Assembly (NCBI GenBank): GCA_977030845.1
Contig: OZ365110.1
Location: 27,776,001 to 27,840,000 of the forward strand
Reading direction: 5' to 3'
Length of the DNA: 64,000 nucleotides
From: Fimbriosthenelais zetlandica
Lineage: Eukaryota
In this document: piece by piece, positions 36,867-46,746 of the stretch
How the letters are laid out: each line of letters begins with the position of its first letter
Numbering within the stretch: position 1 is the first letter of the stretch
Notes under the pieces: generated by a model
What the model was told of the DNA's origin: nothing
Seen by the model: the letters and a program-made list of their open reading frames with translations, nothing else
Databases searched by the model: none
Program-made: the position numbers and the translations under genes

Positions 36867-39800
36867 CTACCGGACATAGTCGGTATACCTAACTGGGGCC
36901 CTTATCTGTCTTTTACCTGCCGCGCGGGCTACCGGGACTGCCACAGGCTTCAAAGGTGATAAATCATCCTCTGGCCCTGTATCCGGCACTGCCGCGGCAG
37001 GTGTGGCCGGCACTTCGATTGCCGGGCCACCTACCTTCTTCCTTGGCCTCAGTTTCTTCACATAGGTAACCTTTTCTGCCCTTTTTCTACTTAGGTTCCG
37101 TTTAGGCTTAGGAGGATCTGGTATTCTCACCCTCATCGGCTGACCTTTCTTCTTCCGAGGACGTCGCCGGGCCGGAGCCGGGGCAACCATTCCATCGGGA
37201 GCGTCCTTGCCGGGGATCGTGCGGCCGCAAAGGTCCGTGGTTATATATTCCACCCCCTTATCTTGCTGCGCACGATACTCCGGAGCCGTATGTAAGTTTA
37301 CCGTTTGTATCGCTCCATCTTTGCCAAAAACGGGCTTCAAGTAATCTACATGCCACCTCAGTTTAGTTCCATTGGTGGATTCTAATTCATAGGTAGTCCC
37401 GCCCGTTTGCCGGGTCACCACATAAGGTCCGTCGTACTTGCAACTTATCTTACGGGCGGCCTGGGCCGGCATATACCTATGAACCAGTTGACCTATCTTG
37501 TAGGTCCTTGGCCTGGAACGTGCATCAAAGTGTCGCTTCTGGTGCACGGCCGCTACGCCTAATTGTTCTCTTATAAACTGATGCCCTTTTCTCAATTGTT
37601 CTTTCAGTTGCTGAACAAAGGACACCCGGCAAGGAAAATCTAACGACCCCGGCACTACTCCGTAAAGCAGATCGGGAGGCGTCCATATCTCCGAGCCAAA
37701 GAGGGCACAGTTGGGTGTAACATAGGTACTGGCATGCACCGTCCCACGATAGGCACTGGCAATACACGGTACCAAGAGGTCCCAATTCGTCTCATCGTAA
37801 CTGGTAACGCAAGAAAGCTGTTCGGTTAGCACCCTATTGAATCTCTCCACGAGTCCATTACTCGAGGGCCTATAAGGCAGCGTTAACAGTTTTTCCATGC
37901 CCATTAGTGAACAGAGTTCCTTCAACAACATGGACCGGAATTCCGGCGCACCGTCCGTCTGGAGGGAGACCGGCGGTCCATATCTAAGGATCCATTCATT
38001 GAATAGAGCGTGGGCGACAGTCTCAGCCTTGTGATCGGGAAGCGGCAAGGCTTCCACCCACTTGGAGAAAAAGTCAGTGATCACTAATACACAGGTGTTC
38101 CCACGAGGTGTCGTTTGGAACGGTCCTATGATATCTAAGGAAATTCGGGAAAACCGGGTTCCGTGGATCTCCTTTTTTAATGGAGTCAGGCCGCGGCCGG
38201 CCCGGCTTTTGCGCATAGCACATGCCGGACATGCTTTGACCCAACGTTCTATGTCCCGCTTCAAGCCGGGCCAATAGAAACGTGTCTTCACACTCCATAT
38301 TGTCTTAAAGCCTCCATAATGACCACCCATTTTGGTTCCATGAACACTTTGGAAAACTTCTTCACGCATTGCCGGCGGGACTACTATGCGCCATTTGGCA
38401 CGGCCCGTAGCTTTGCGTACCCAGCGAAGACGGAGAATCCCATCTTCACCTACTTCTAAATCATCCCAAAGAGCAGCCAGCGTCTGAAATTCCTCCGACT
38501 CTCCCCGAAGTCGTGTTCGCTCAGGTAATTCAGCGCCCGCTTGCTTCAATTTGACAATTATCTTCACGTCCGGATCCTCCTTCTGTGCTTCCAACATGCC
38601 GGAGTCATGCTTAAACACTGATATAGAAGAGATCACCGGTGGATCCACAGCTTGAGCACACTCACAACTACAACGACCACATTTATCGCGCCTAGGCAGC
38701 CTAGATAGAGCGTCCGCGTTCTGGTGCTTAGCACCCGGACGATGCAATATCTTGCCACTACTGATGCCATATTCTTGGATCGTGGTGAGCCATCGTGCTA
38801 AGATGTTTTCGGGGTCTTTGAAGTTGACTAACCATTTCAATGAAGCATGATCAGTACGAACGACAAAGTCCTCGCAACCCAATAAGAAATGCCGGAACTT
38901 CTTCAGGAAACGCACTACCGCTAGTAACTCACGCTTCGTGGTGCAATAATTCTGCTGTGCCTTATTCAGAGAATTACTAGCATAGGCAATGACTCGTTCC
39001 TTCCCATCTTGGATCTGTGATAGGACGCCAGAAATACCGAAATTACTAGCATCCGTATCCAAGACATAAGTCCCTTTATCTCTCGGATACCCTAACACAG
39101 GAGCCTGTATTAGAGCCTTCCTGATGGACTCAAATGCTTTTTCACATCCTATCGTCCAATCAAACCGCTTTGTGTAAGTACCACCTAAGCGAGTAGCTTT
39201 AGTGATTACATCCCGCATGGGTTTAGCAAGTTCAGTGAAATTCGGGATAAATTCCCTATAATAGGAACTGAATCCAATGAACTGCCTGAGTTCCTTGGGA
39301 GTCTCCGGCCGGGGCCAGTTCTTCACGGCCCGAACTTTTGCCGGATCGGGTTGAACACCTTTACCCGAAACTATCCTCCCTAAGTACTCTACTTTACGTC
39401 TGAAGAGTTTGCACTTTTTGGGCTTTAACTTAAGTCCATAGTTTTGCAACCGCACAAACACTTCTCTGAGATTAGCTAACATTTCTTCAAACGTTTTGCC
39501 AAAAACAATAATGTCATCGATGTAGACTAAGCATTTCTTCCATCTTAATCCACTCAACATTGTCTCCATAGCTCTTTCGAACGTTGCCGGGGCATTACAC
39601 AACCCAAAGGACATGACTTTGAATTGAAATAAGCCGAGGCTTGAGATGAAGGCAGTCTTATCTTTACTGTCCTCATCCATAGCTATCTGCCAATAGCCGG
39701 AGTCCAAATCCAATGAGCAGAACCATTCGTTACCACCCAGAGCATCCAAAGCTTCGTCTATTCGGGGAAGCGGATAGCTATCCGTCCTAGTTGCCTGGTT

Positions 39801-41234
39801 AAGCTTCCGATAGTCTACACAGAAACGCATAGAACCATCTTTCTTCTTGACCATGACAATAGGAGAAGCCCACGAGCTTTCACTCGGTTCGACCACTCCT
39901 TTACTCATCATTCTACGGATCTCTTCCTCGGCTACTTCCCTGCGAGACTTAGGAAGCCGCCTGTAAGGCTGCCGGACGGGATGAGGATCCGTAAGTTCAA
40001 TACGATGTTTCACCTGGGTAGTCTGGCTAAAGACGTCGCCGGGCAAAGCGAAACACGTGCGGAACTCTTCTAGCAGATCTGTTGCCAGCTGCCGGTGCCG
40101 CGGATTAGTGATATGTGACTCGTCAGTGGCCTTTTCCAAGGGGCACTCTTCACTATCAGGTATCACAAAATCCGGACACATTACTTCATCGTCGGTTATC
40201 TCTACCGGATGCAAATCACCCAGCGGAGTACCCGCCGTTAACTTCATAGGCACTGGGGTCGGATTGGTAATCGGCACTCTAGTTTCTGAGTCTCGTACAA
40301 CATACGTGTGCAAACTCCCCAGATTATGCTTCGCCAATCCGATCCTGTCGGGTTCAAATAACAATTCACCCATAACCGGCTCCGACACAGTGATACGGCA
40401 CAGATGTAACTGGAATGCTTTCAGAGTAATGTCCTCTGAGAGCCGTGCTTTTCCAGCCGTCCGGCGCGCGCGACACATCACGTGTATGGATCCGTTCTCC
40501 AAGGTGAATCGTCCCGACCAGTCCAGGCTACATTGGTAGACATGATAAAAATCTGCCCCAAGCACTCCGTCATCGTCGCCGTCTATGCCGGACACGATTA
40601 AGCAAGGGATTTCAAACATCCGTCCACCAATGCAAAAGGGAAAAATTCCCACTCCTTCAGTCTGTAATGGATTCCCGTCAGCCACCTTAACCTCGGTACG
40701 ATTTGGAATCAGAGGGGGCGGATCACGCAGCGAATCATAGAACCGCTTGGTTATCAAGGACGTCGTCGCCCCAGTATCCATTAACAGTTCTCCGCACTGA
40801 TTGTTCACCATTACAGGAACATACCAACGATCCTTAACCAGAACGCTTTGTCCCGGCAAGGTTAAAGTGTGGCAACTTAAGTCAGCAGGCCTGATCTTCA
40901 CTATTTTCATCTGATTGGGATTGCCATTGGTTGGCTTAGCCACAAACAAATGAGAGCGACTCTCTGGGCCGGGTCTACTACAGGCCGCGCCGGGGTCATG
41001 ACGCCCGGCAACAGCTCCCGGCTCAGGATCAGGAACCTGAACGATTTCCTTCTCTACAAGGGAAACTGCTTTTCCCTGCTTCTTATCGTCTTCTGACATC
41101 GCCAAACTTTGTTTGCTCGATACAGTATTCTGAAGCGACTTCGACTGTTTCAGCTGATCCTTCCTTTGATCAACGTCATCAGCCGGCTTCAGCCCCGTCA
41201 GTGCACTTCTTACTGAGGAGCCGGAGGGTTTTCC
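36867..41234 (-). CDS. pol: pol polyprotein (aspartic protease, RT, RNase H, integrase with GPY/F), read by -1 frameshift from gag
   Basis: PR LMDTGATTS; RT CLVYIDDIIVFG; RH LDTDASNFG...ELLAVV...TDHASL...NADALSR; IN H-x6-H...CPAC, ISLDIIG / QTDGAPEF / GLVERFNR; KYDGPYVV. The pol frame is open upstream of the listed 41105 start as far as the slippery site. Confidence 0.97.
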   Translation of the reverse strand, partial: GKPSGSSVRSALTGLKPADDVDQRKDQLKQSKSLQNTVSSKQSLAMSEDDKKQGKAVSLVEKEIVQVPDPEPGAVAGRHDPGAACSRPGPESRSHLFVAKPTNGNPNQMKIVKIRPADLSCHTLTLPGQSVLVKDRWYVPVMVNNQCGELLMDTGATTSLITKRFYDSLRDPPPLIPNRTEVKVADGNPLQTEGVGIFPFCIGGRMFEIPCLIVSGIDGDDDGVLGADFYHVYQCSLDWSGRFTLENGSIHVMCRARRTAGKARLSEDITLKAFQLHLCRITVSEPVMGELLFEPDRIGLAKHNLGSLHTYVVRDSETRVPITNPTPVPMKLTAGTPLGDLHPVEITDDEVMCPDFVIPDSEECPLEKATDESHITNPRHRQLATDLLEEFRTCFALPGDVFSQTTQVKHRIELTDPHPVRQPYRRLPKSRREVAEEEIRRMMSKGVVEPSESSWASPIVMVKKKDGSMRFCVDYRKLNQATRTDSYPLPRIDEALDALGGNEWFCSLDLDSGYWQIAMDEDSKDKTAFISSLGLFQFKVMSFGLCNAPATFERAMETMLSGLRWKKCLVYIDDIIVFGKTFEEMLANLREVFVRLQNYGLKLKPKKCKLFRRKVEYLGRIVSGKGVQPDPAKVRAVKNWPRPETPKELRQFIGFSSYYREFIPNFTELAKPMRDVITKATRLGGTYTKRFDWTIGCEKAFESIRKALIQAPVLGYPRDKGTYVLDTDASNFGISGVLSQIQDGKERVIAYASNSLNKAQQNYCTTKRELLAVVRFLKKFRHFLLGCEDFVVRTDHASLKWLVNFKDPENILARWLTTIQEYGISSGKILHRPGAKHQNADALSRLPRRDKCGRCSCECAQAVDPPVISSISVFKHDSGMLEAQKEDPDVKIIVKLKQAGAELPERTRLRGESEEFQTLAALWDDLEVGEDGILRLRWVRKATGRAKWRIVVPPAMREEVFQSVHGTKMGGHYGGFKTIWSVKTRFYWPGLKRDIERWVKACPACAMRKSRAGRGLTPLKKEIHGTRFSRISLDIIGPFQTTPRGNTCVLVITDFFSKWVEALPLPDHKAETVAHALFNEWILRYGPPVSLQTDGAPEFRSMLLKELCSLMGMEKLLTLPYRPSSNGLVERFNRVLTEQLSCVTSYDETNWDLLVPCIASAYRGTVHASTYVTPNCALFGSEIWTPPDLLYGVVPGSLDFPCRVSFVQQLKEQLRKGHQFIREQLGVAAVHQKRHFDARSRPRTYKIGQLVHRYMPAQAARKISCKYDGPYVVTRQTGGTTYELESTNGTKLRWHVDYLKPVFGKDGAIQTVNLHTAPEYRAQQDKGVEYITTDLCGRTIPGKDAPDGMVAPAPARRRPRKKKGQPMRVRIPDPPKPKRNLSRKRAEKVTYVKKLRPRKKVGGPAIEVPATPAAAVPDTGPEDDLSPLKPVAVPVARAAGKRQIRAPVRYTDYVR
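41192..41234 (-). other. Programmed -1 ribosomal frameshift signal
   Basis: Heptamer G_GAA_AAC at 41234-41228, 6-nt spacer, then hairpin GCUCCUCAGU-AAGAAGUGC-ACUGACGGGGC. The -1 frame is closed by TGA four codons upstream and is then open into pol. Confidence 0.75.
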
Positions 41235-43093
41235 GGCGCCGGTTCAGCTTTCTCCACTTGACGAGATGCCTCCAATACGCTCAACGCGATCTGACGTATC
41301 GTTTCGCGTTTAGTCGGGCATACATTAGCATAGTGCTCCAGGGACCCGCATTCATAACAGGCTCCCCGGCGTCTTCTGCCTTCAGTATTGCCCCCTCCAG
41401 ACGCGGCCTGCGCGGGCGGGTTCGTTGCCGGGGGCTTTGAGGGCCCGGCACTCTTCTTAGAACCTCCCTGCCGTGCTGGAGTTGCTTCATTATTCGGTCT
41501 CCTACTAGCCTTAAAAGCCATGAACTCCGCCCAAAGCTGTTCATCGGATTCATCTTTAAAGGCCGGCGGGGCCGGTTTCTCTTCATGATCTGGGCCCTGA
41601 TGGACGACCTGCATTGCCGCGGCAAGAGGATCCGCAATCACCGACCCGTCAGGCGTATGCATAGACGAGGAGTAATGCAGAGCCATTGCCGCAGCATCCA
41701 TCAAATTCCTAGGGCGGAGCAGCCGGAGCCAACTACCAACCCTAGGATCTCTAAGGCCCATCGTGTAGTCATAAATGACTTCTTCATTCTGCGCCTGAGT
41801 CAGGGGAGGAGTGAAAATTTTCGCCGCCCTCCTACCCAATTCAAGAGCATATTGTTTGGCGGTTTGACGGTGTGTCTGCTTACACGCCCGATACTCAATC
41901 CGCCGCTTCATGGTATCCTTTTCACTAAAAAGATTGCTCAATTCCGTGAGGATATCTTCTACATGAAGGGACTGGTCCACGCAATCTGACACGCTTGCCA
42001 CATTCCGTAGGCCGTGGATTAAATGCCCTTTAAATTCTTCATCCGTCAAGCGCGAGGCTCGACGCACATTCCGAACTATCAACAAATAATCCTCCCAAGT
42101 CTGCTTATTGTTATCCCAAACTGGAAAGCTTTGACTTCTTAACTCCAGCCCTCTTGGTCGCTGCGTCGTACCTCCCTGATCTTGCTCACCAGGAGTACTA
42201 GCGGCCGGCCTTCGATCGGGATCGTATGCATAAATCCCTGAAATCCAGCTATTTTCCAGTATTCTTCTTGGGGCTTCCGATCGTGACGTATCAACAACCG
42301 GCTGCCTCTCTTCATTCCCGCCAGTGGCGCCGGAGGCGATCCGTGCCTCACTACACCGCCAGGCTGGCCTGGGGGCTTCGTGGGGCATAGTTCGCCGGTA
42401 CCGAACCTCTGGTGAGGACTCTGCCGGGACTGGATCCAAAGTCTGGAATCTCAAAGTCCGTTGGCGTCCGTCCTGCGTACGGGTTTCTTCTTCATTCTTA
42501 CCCGGCGTGCCGGGATTTATAGTCGACGATGGACCAGCCTTATAAACGGCTTCCCTCGGCCCGAGCGGGGCCTGGTCCATCACCGCACTCCAAGATCGGT
42601 GTGCAGCTCCTCCCGACACTGCTGCCGGCTTTGCCGGGCCGCTTAGAGACGCTGGGGGAGGCCCCCGAGCCATCTCATCAGCCGCCGCCTTCATTGCCGT
42701 AGCAGGCCATGCCGGAGGGATGGGTGGAGCGGGATACATCCAGGACGGGCCCGGCACCATCTGGGGATTCAGAAGGTGTGCATTCCCAGTCGTAATCATC
42801 CGCGACACGATCTGGTCGATCTGCTCAGGGGAGAGCAGATCCCCGCCCGGGGTGCTATGGTGACGAGGAATGGGTGAGGGAGTGTCTTTGCCCCGGCCGC
42901 GTGATCCTTCCACGCGCGGCGTCGCAAAAGACGATCCCGTCACCCCTTCAAAATCTCCGCCTGTCACCTGCGCCCCCGGCGCTTCGTTATTGGGGAGTGG
43001 AATCAGCGGCATCGAGGAGACCGGACTTTCGTCCTCTGCCCCCTGCGGCACCCTGGCCCATCCCAAATTCACCAAGAGATTGGTTTCATCCAT
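41210..43093 (-). CDS. gag: gag (627 aa) with capsid-like region and one CCHC zinc knuckle
   Basis: FPVWDNNKQTWEDYL...KQTHRQTAKQYALEL...YTMGLRD...PRNLMDA capsid-like pattern; CYECGSLEHYANVC (CX2CX4HX4C). Confidence 0.95.
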   Translation of the reverse strand: MDETNLLVNLGWARVPQGAEDESPVSSMPLIPLPNNEAPGAQVTGGDFEGVTGSSFATPRVEGSRGRGKDTPSPIPRHHSTPGGDLLSPEQIDQIVSRMITTGNAHLLNPQMVPGPSWMYPAPPIPPAWPATAMKAAADEMARGPPPASLSGPAKPAAVSGGAAHRSWSAVMDQAPLGPREAVYKAGPSSTINPGTPGKNEEETRTQDGRQRTLRFQTLDPVPAESSPEVRYRRTMPHEAPRPAWRCSEARIASGATGGNEERQPVVDTSRSEAPRRILENSWISGIYAYDPDRRPAASTPGEQDQGGTTQRPRGLELRSQSFPVWDNNKQTWEDYLLIVRNVRRASRLTDEEFKGHLIHGLRNVASVSDCVDQSLHVEDILTELSNLFSEKDTMKRRIEYRACKQTHRQTAKQYALELGRRAAKIFTPPLTQAQNEEVIYDYTMGLRDPRVGSWLRLLRPRNLMDAAAMALHYSSSMHTPDGSVIADPLAAAMQVVHQGPDHEEKPAPPAFKDESDEQLWAEFMAFKASRRPNNEATPARQGGSKKSAGPSKPPATNPPAQAASGGGNTEGRRRRGACYECGSLEHYANVCPTKRETIRQIALSVLEASRQVEKAEPAPENPPAPQ

Positions 43094-43205
43094 GATAATG
43101 GAATCACGGAATCCACCTACTCTGGCTACTCTGCATATAGGTTCGCGATTGCAACGCCGCGTTCACCTTAATGGGATCCCTTTTTAGGGGGACCGCTTTT
43201 CCAGT

Positions 43206-43225
43206 GAATCCTGGTCACGGCACCA
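43206..43225 (-). other. Primer binding site complementary to the tRNA-His 3' end
   Basis: TGGTGCCGTGACCAGGATTC, 2 nt after the 5' LTR; complementary to ...GAAUCCUGGUCACGGCA-CCA, the invertebrate tRNA-His(GUG) 3' end as I recall it. Confidence 0.85.
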
Positions 43226-43227
43226 AT

Positions 43228-44077
43228 TGTAGTGACCCACGGGAAATAAAGACCGACAAATAATTAGTATTCGTACCGGACCTTGACATTTATTAAACCA
43301 CAGATACTAACAAGACATTTGCAGGCTGTTTTGGCAGACGCACAAAAGAGAACCAGTGGTAGTCAAGTAACCACACTTCTTACAGAGTCAACGGATGCGG
43401 TCGGTTCCAATCCCGTTCCGGGAACGAGATATGGATCCGGCCGGCATCCGGCAAACTACTTAAAAGGAAGCGATATACTCCATGCCGGTTGAGCCGAAGA
43501 CCTTGATGTCTTCAGCCCGGCAAAGGAGTAATCCTGAATCTCTATTAGCTGGTTACATCGAAATACCTGAAAGCAACCTCTGGTATAATATCAATGCAAA
43601 CATAAGGTTAATGGTTCACTAACTCCTAGGAATTCGGAGTTCGGAACCCCTAGAAAAACTACTAGGAACCCTTGGAACCCACAGGCACACTGGGAACCCT
43701 TATACAAAGTGACCAAGGTCCTACTGAAATGACTATCCCATACAGCATTATGGTGTAGGAATGAAAGTAGTTAAATAAAATAAGTTATTATACATCAAGT
43801 TGCATGATTTAACATAAGTGTAAATACAAATGTAGACAGCAAGCACACTTCTAGGATTAAGCTATTAACATGAGCATGACATTGTGAGAGTTTATAGCTT
43901 AAGAGAGAGTGAAATGTTTATAATGAAAATAATAACTACAAAAAGCATAGCAGCAAAGCGCGCGTACTAGCTAACGGGCAGGTGTTGAACTAAATAAGCA
44001 CTCAGGTGAGACAAAGATGCTTAGTACTGTATACTGTCTATAGAGGTAGCAGCGGCAGAGGCACTGAATTCATTACA
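43228..44077 (-). repeat. 5' LTR (850 bp)
   Basis: Copy of 31970-32819, followed by the PBS on the minus strand. Confidence 0.97.
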
Positions 44078-44404
44078 TTAGTATATAGATAGAGTATCCA
44101 TCCCTATTCCAAGAACAGCTGGGTGGAGCCTGTGTAACCCTAGAAGGGGCCGATCATATAGGCTAGAGTATTAGTAGTCTATATAGATATAGATCTATAT
44201 AGGATCTTACTTGATAGCAGTCCTGCCTCTTCTGCGCCACGAAGCGTCACGGACCCAAAATTATACATGCCTGAGTCGGTTGGAGCCCTTGGGACACACG
44301 TCAACCGCACAATTCGTCTCGTGCCACATCTCGTTTAAAACGGGATCTCGTTCAGAGCGAGATCTGGATCACCGATACCCAGCCCAGGTTGGTGAAGGAC
44401 GAAG

Positions 44405-45456
44405 ATGGGGCATATATATTCTGCCTATATTTCTTCGCCCGAGACGGCTCCTGACTATAATGGCAAACCTACATTTGACCCAATGTATGGATTTCCCAAT
44501 GGACGTAAAGAACGAGGTAAGTTTGTGTTTTTAATCCTTAAAATCTAGAGTAGAGGAGAAGTGTTGGCTTACCGACAGTCACAGTGCCACTGGCACTGCC
44601 ACTGTCCCCTGCCCCTGGTTAGTAATAATAGTACTAATAGTACTATAGTAGGGCCAGTGTTTACAACATCTCAACTGTCATGACTGTAGAACCTCTCCTG
44701 TTGATACTAGATCTGATCATAATAATATTATGATTTTAGCTTTTAATTGTGGGGATATCTTAATTCCATGGCCCTATCCCCTCGGCTCTAATCTATCACC
44801 CTTGAACTTGTAGTTGTACCGCCTACCGGTACTAACTTGTAGACCTATGAATTGATTATTGATGATAAATAATTTCCTCCGACTAAGACTAATCTCATCG
44901 ATTCTCTTGTTTATAGTCATGGTTGCCACAGAGGAAGAAATGGAAGCTGCAGGCATCGAACCTCATCAGAGGGATTATTGTGCACATTATCTTATAGACT
45001 TCTACCGATGTAGAAAAGAAAAGTTCCCTTGGGTTCTTGGATGCAAGCATGAGAAACATCTATGGGATAATTGTCAATATGAGGAGTGAGTATGACTGTA
45101 TGTTACTATAGCCCGGATAGGCTACCAATAAATTGCCATGCAAACATGTCATGATAGGCCAAATTGTATACATTTCCCCCCAGTAATTCATCCACCTAGT
45201 CCTACCAATTCATCGTCCAAAGCAGCTCTTAAGACAAGTATTTATGGTTTTGTATAAGATTATTTATGTGCTGTAGGTCGTCAGAACTTGTATGGAAACC
45301 CACCAATCCTTAATATAATTATTTACGATATAATTTTTCTTCTCCAGCTATGTAACAAGGATGAAGGAATATGAACGAGAACGACGGTTATTGGAACGCG
45401 CCAAAAGGAAGGGCCAACTTGAAGAGCACAGAGCCCAGGAAACTATGGCCTCCTAA
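44405..45456 (+). CDS. NDUFB7: NADH:ubiquinone oxidoreductase subunit B7 (B18), 3 exons, 129 aa
   Basis: Exons 44405-44516, 44917-45085, 45348-45456. Translation MG...PTFDPMYGFPNGRKERVMVATEEEM...[55 protein letters not shown], with twin CX9C. Confidence 0.97.
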
Positions 45457-46746
45457 GTTAAGACTCTTGAATTTAATTGATCTCATCGAAGATCTAGGTT
45501 TTGTACATATATGCAGATCACTATGTCCATGCTTGGTGGTGTTTAAAAGGAGCTTGAGGACCATGTCCTTAAAGTGACACGAGGAAAGCTTCATTCTATA
45601 TTCACTGGAGGAGAATGTTGCATATGATGAATAAATATCCCAATTACTATAATACGAATAAATCATTTGTATTTTCTAATAAATTGAAGTCTAGTAAGTA
45701 TTTCTGGGGCTGAAAATCATTTTATTTTCTCCCTGAAGTAGCGAAAATATTTTTTTCGCGTATTAACGCTGGAAAGCTTAAAGTAGTCTTTGCAACAAAC
45801 ATTCAGCTGGGATATAGAGAAAAAACATCAAAACACTTCCTAATGTAAATTGTTTTTGTGCTATAAAGATATAAGTACCGGCATGTACAGATTCTGTAAG
45901 CAAATTAATGATAAACTAACAAAGGTGTTACCAACGTCAATTAATTGAATTAAAATATACTGATGCACTAGACTAGTGTCGACTAGGTAAGGCTCGCATC
46001 AAGACCACACATTTTAGGAACCCCGGCCCAGTCCTGGTCTTTTAACATTAGGCAGGTGAGAAAAGTGCGCGCTTTAAAAGACGAGGACTGTACAGCGACT
46101 CCCCATATTGTTTGAAACGGGTAACTTAGTACATATGTAGTTAGCTCTTAATATATCCGCTTCATCAGTAAAGATTAATTGGTTGTTCAAATGGCATCAT
46201 AATCAAAATGGACTGAAAGCTGGAAATGGCAATTCTGGTCTGGTCTTTTACTAAGATGAACAAATTTGGTTTGCTAGTAAAATAGTGGAATGTGTATAAT
46301 GAGAGATGTTAACGATGAGAATGGTATTATGAATGATGAAATCTTACATCTGATTAATGAAATGCGTCAGGTAACAGTTCAACTTAACAATCATCGACAA
46401 CAGGGTAAAGCACACAATATTTCAAACAACGATGTGGATCTCTCATTTAAAAAACATAAATAACCACCTTTCCTCATTCTAATTAGCTACTAAGTACATT
46501 TACTTCTAGAGTTAAATAATATAATTTCTTAACTCAGCGGATACGTAGATCTATTCCTGCTGCAAAGTATGGTAGGCCTATGAGGTGATGGAAAAAGAAG
46601 CTAAATCCTGACAAGTGTACTGTTCCAAGTGTTTCCAAACGAAGTGTCCCAAACAAATTAATTATATAACAAACTGATGAGTGCTATAATGTAAACATAC
46701 ATTGAAACTCCCAAATAACACACAATAATTCCTAAATTAAGGGTAT

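Larger units (their letters stand above)
31970..44077 (-). mobile_element. Full-length Ty3/Gypsy (Metaviridae) LTR retrotransposon, 12,108 bp, with a third ORF
   Basis: TG...CA termini, 850-bp LTRs, 4-bp TSD TTAG (31966-31969 and 44078-44081), PBS, PPT, and uninterrupted gag and PR-RT-RH-IN pol in Gypsy domain order. Confidence 0.98.

Noticed and set aside
37525-43187. Alternative-frame and antisense ORFs of 60-160 aa inside gag and pol
   Set aside because: Expected in GC-rich coding DNA with few off-frame stops.
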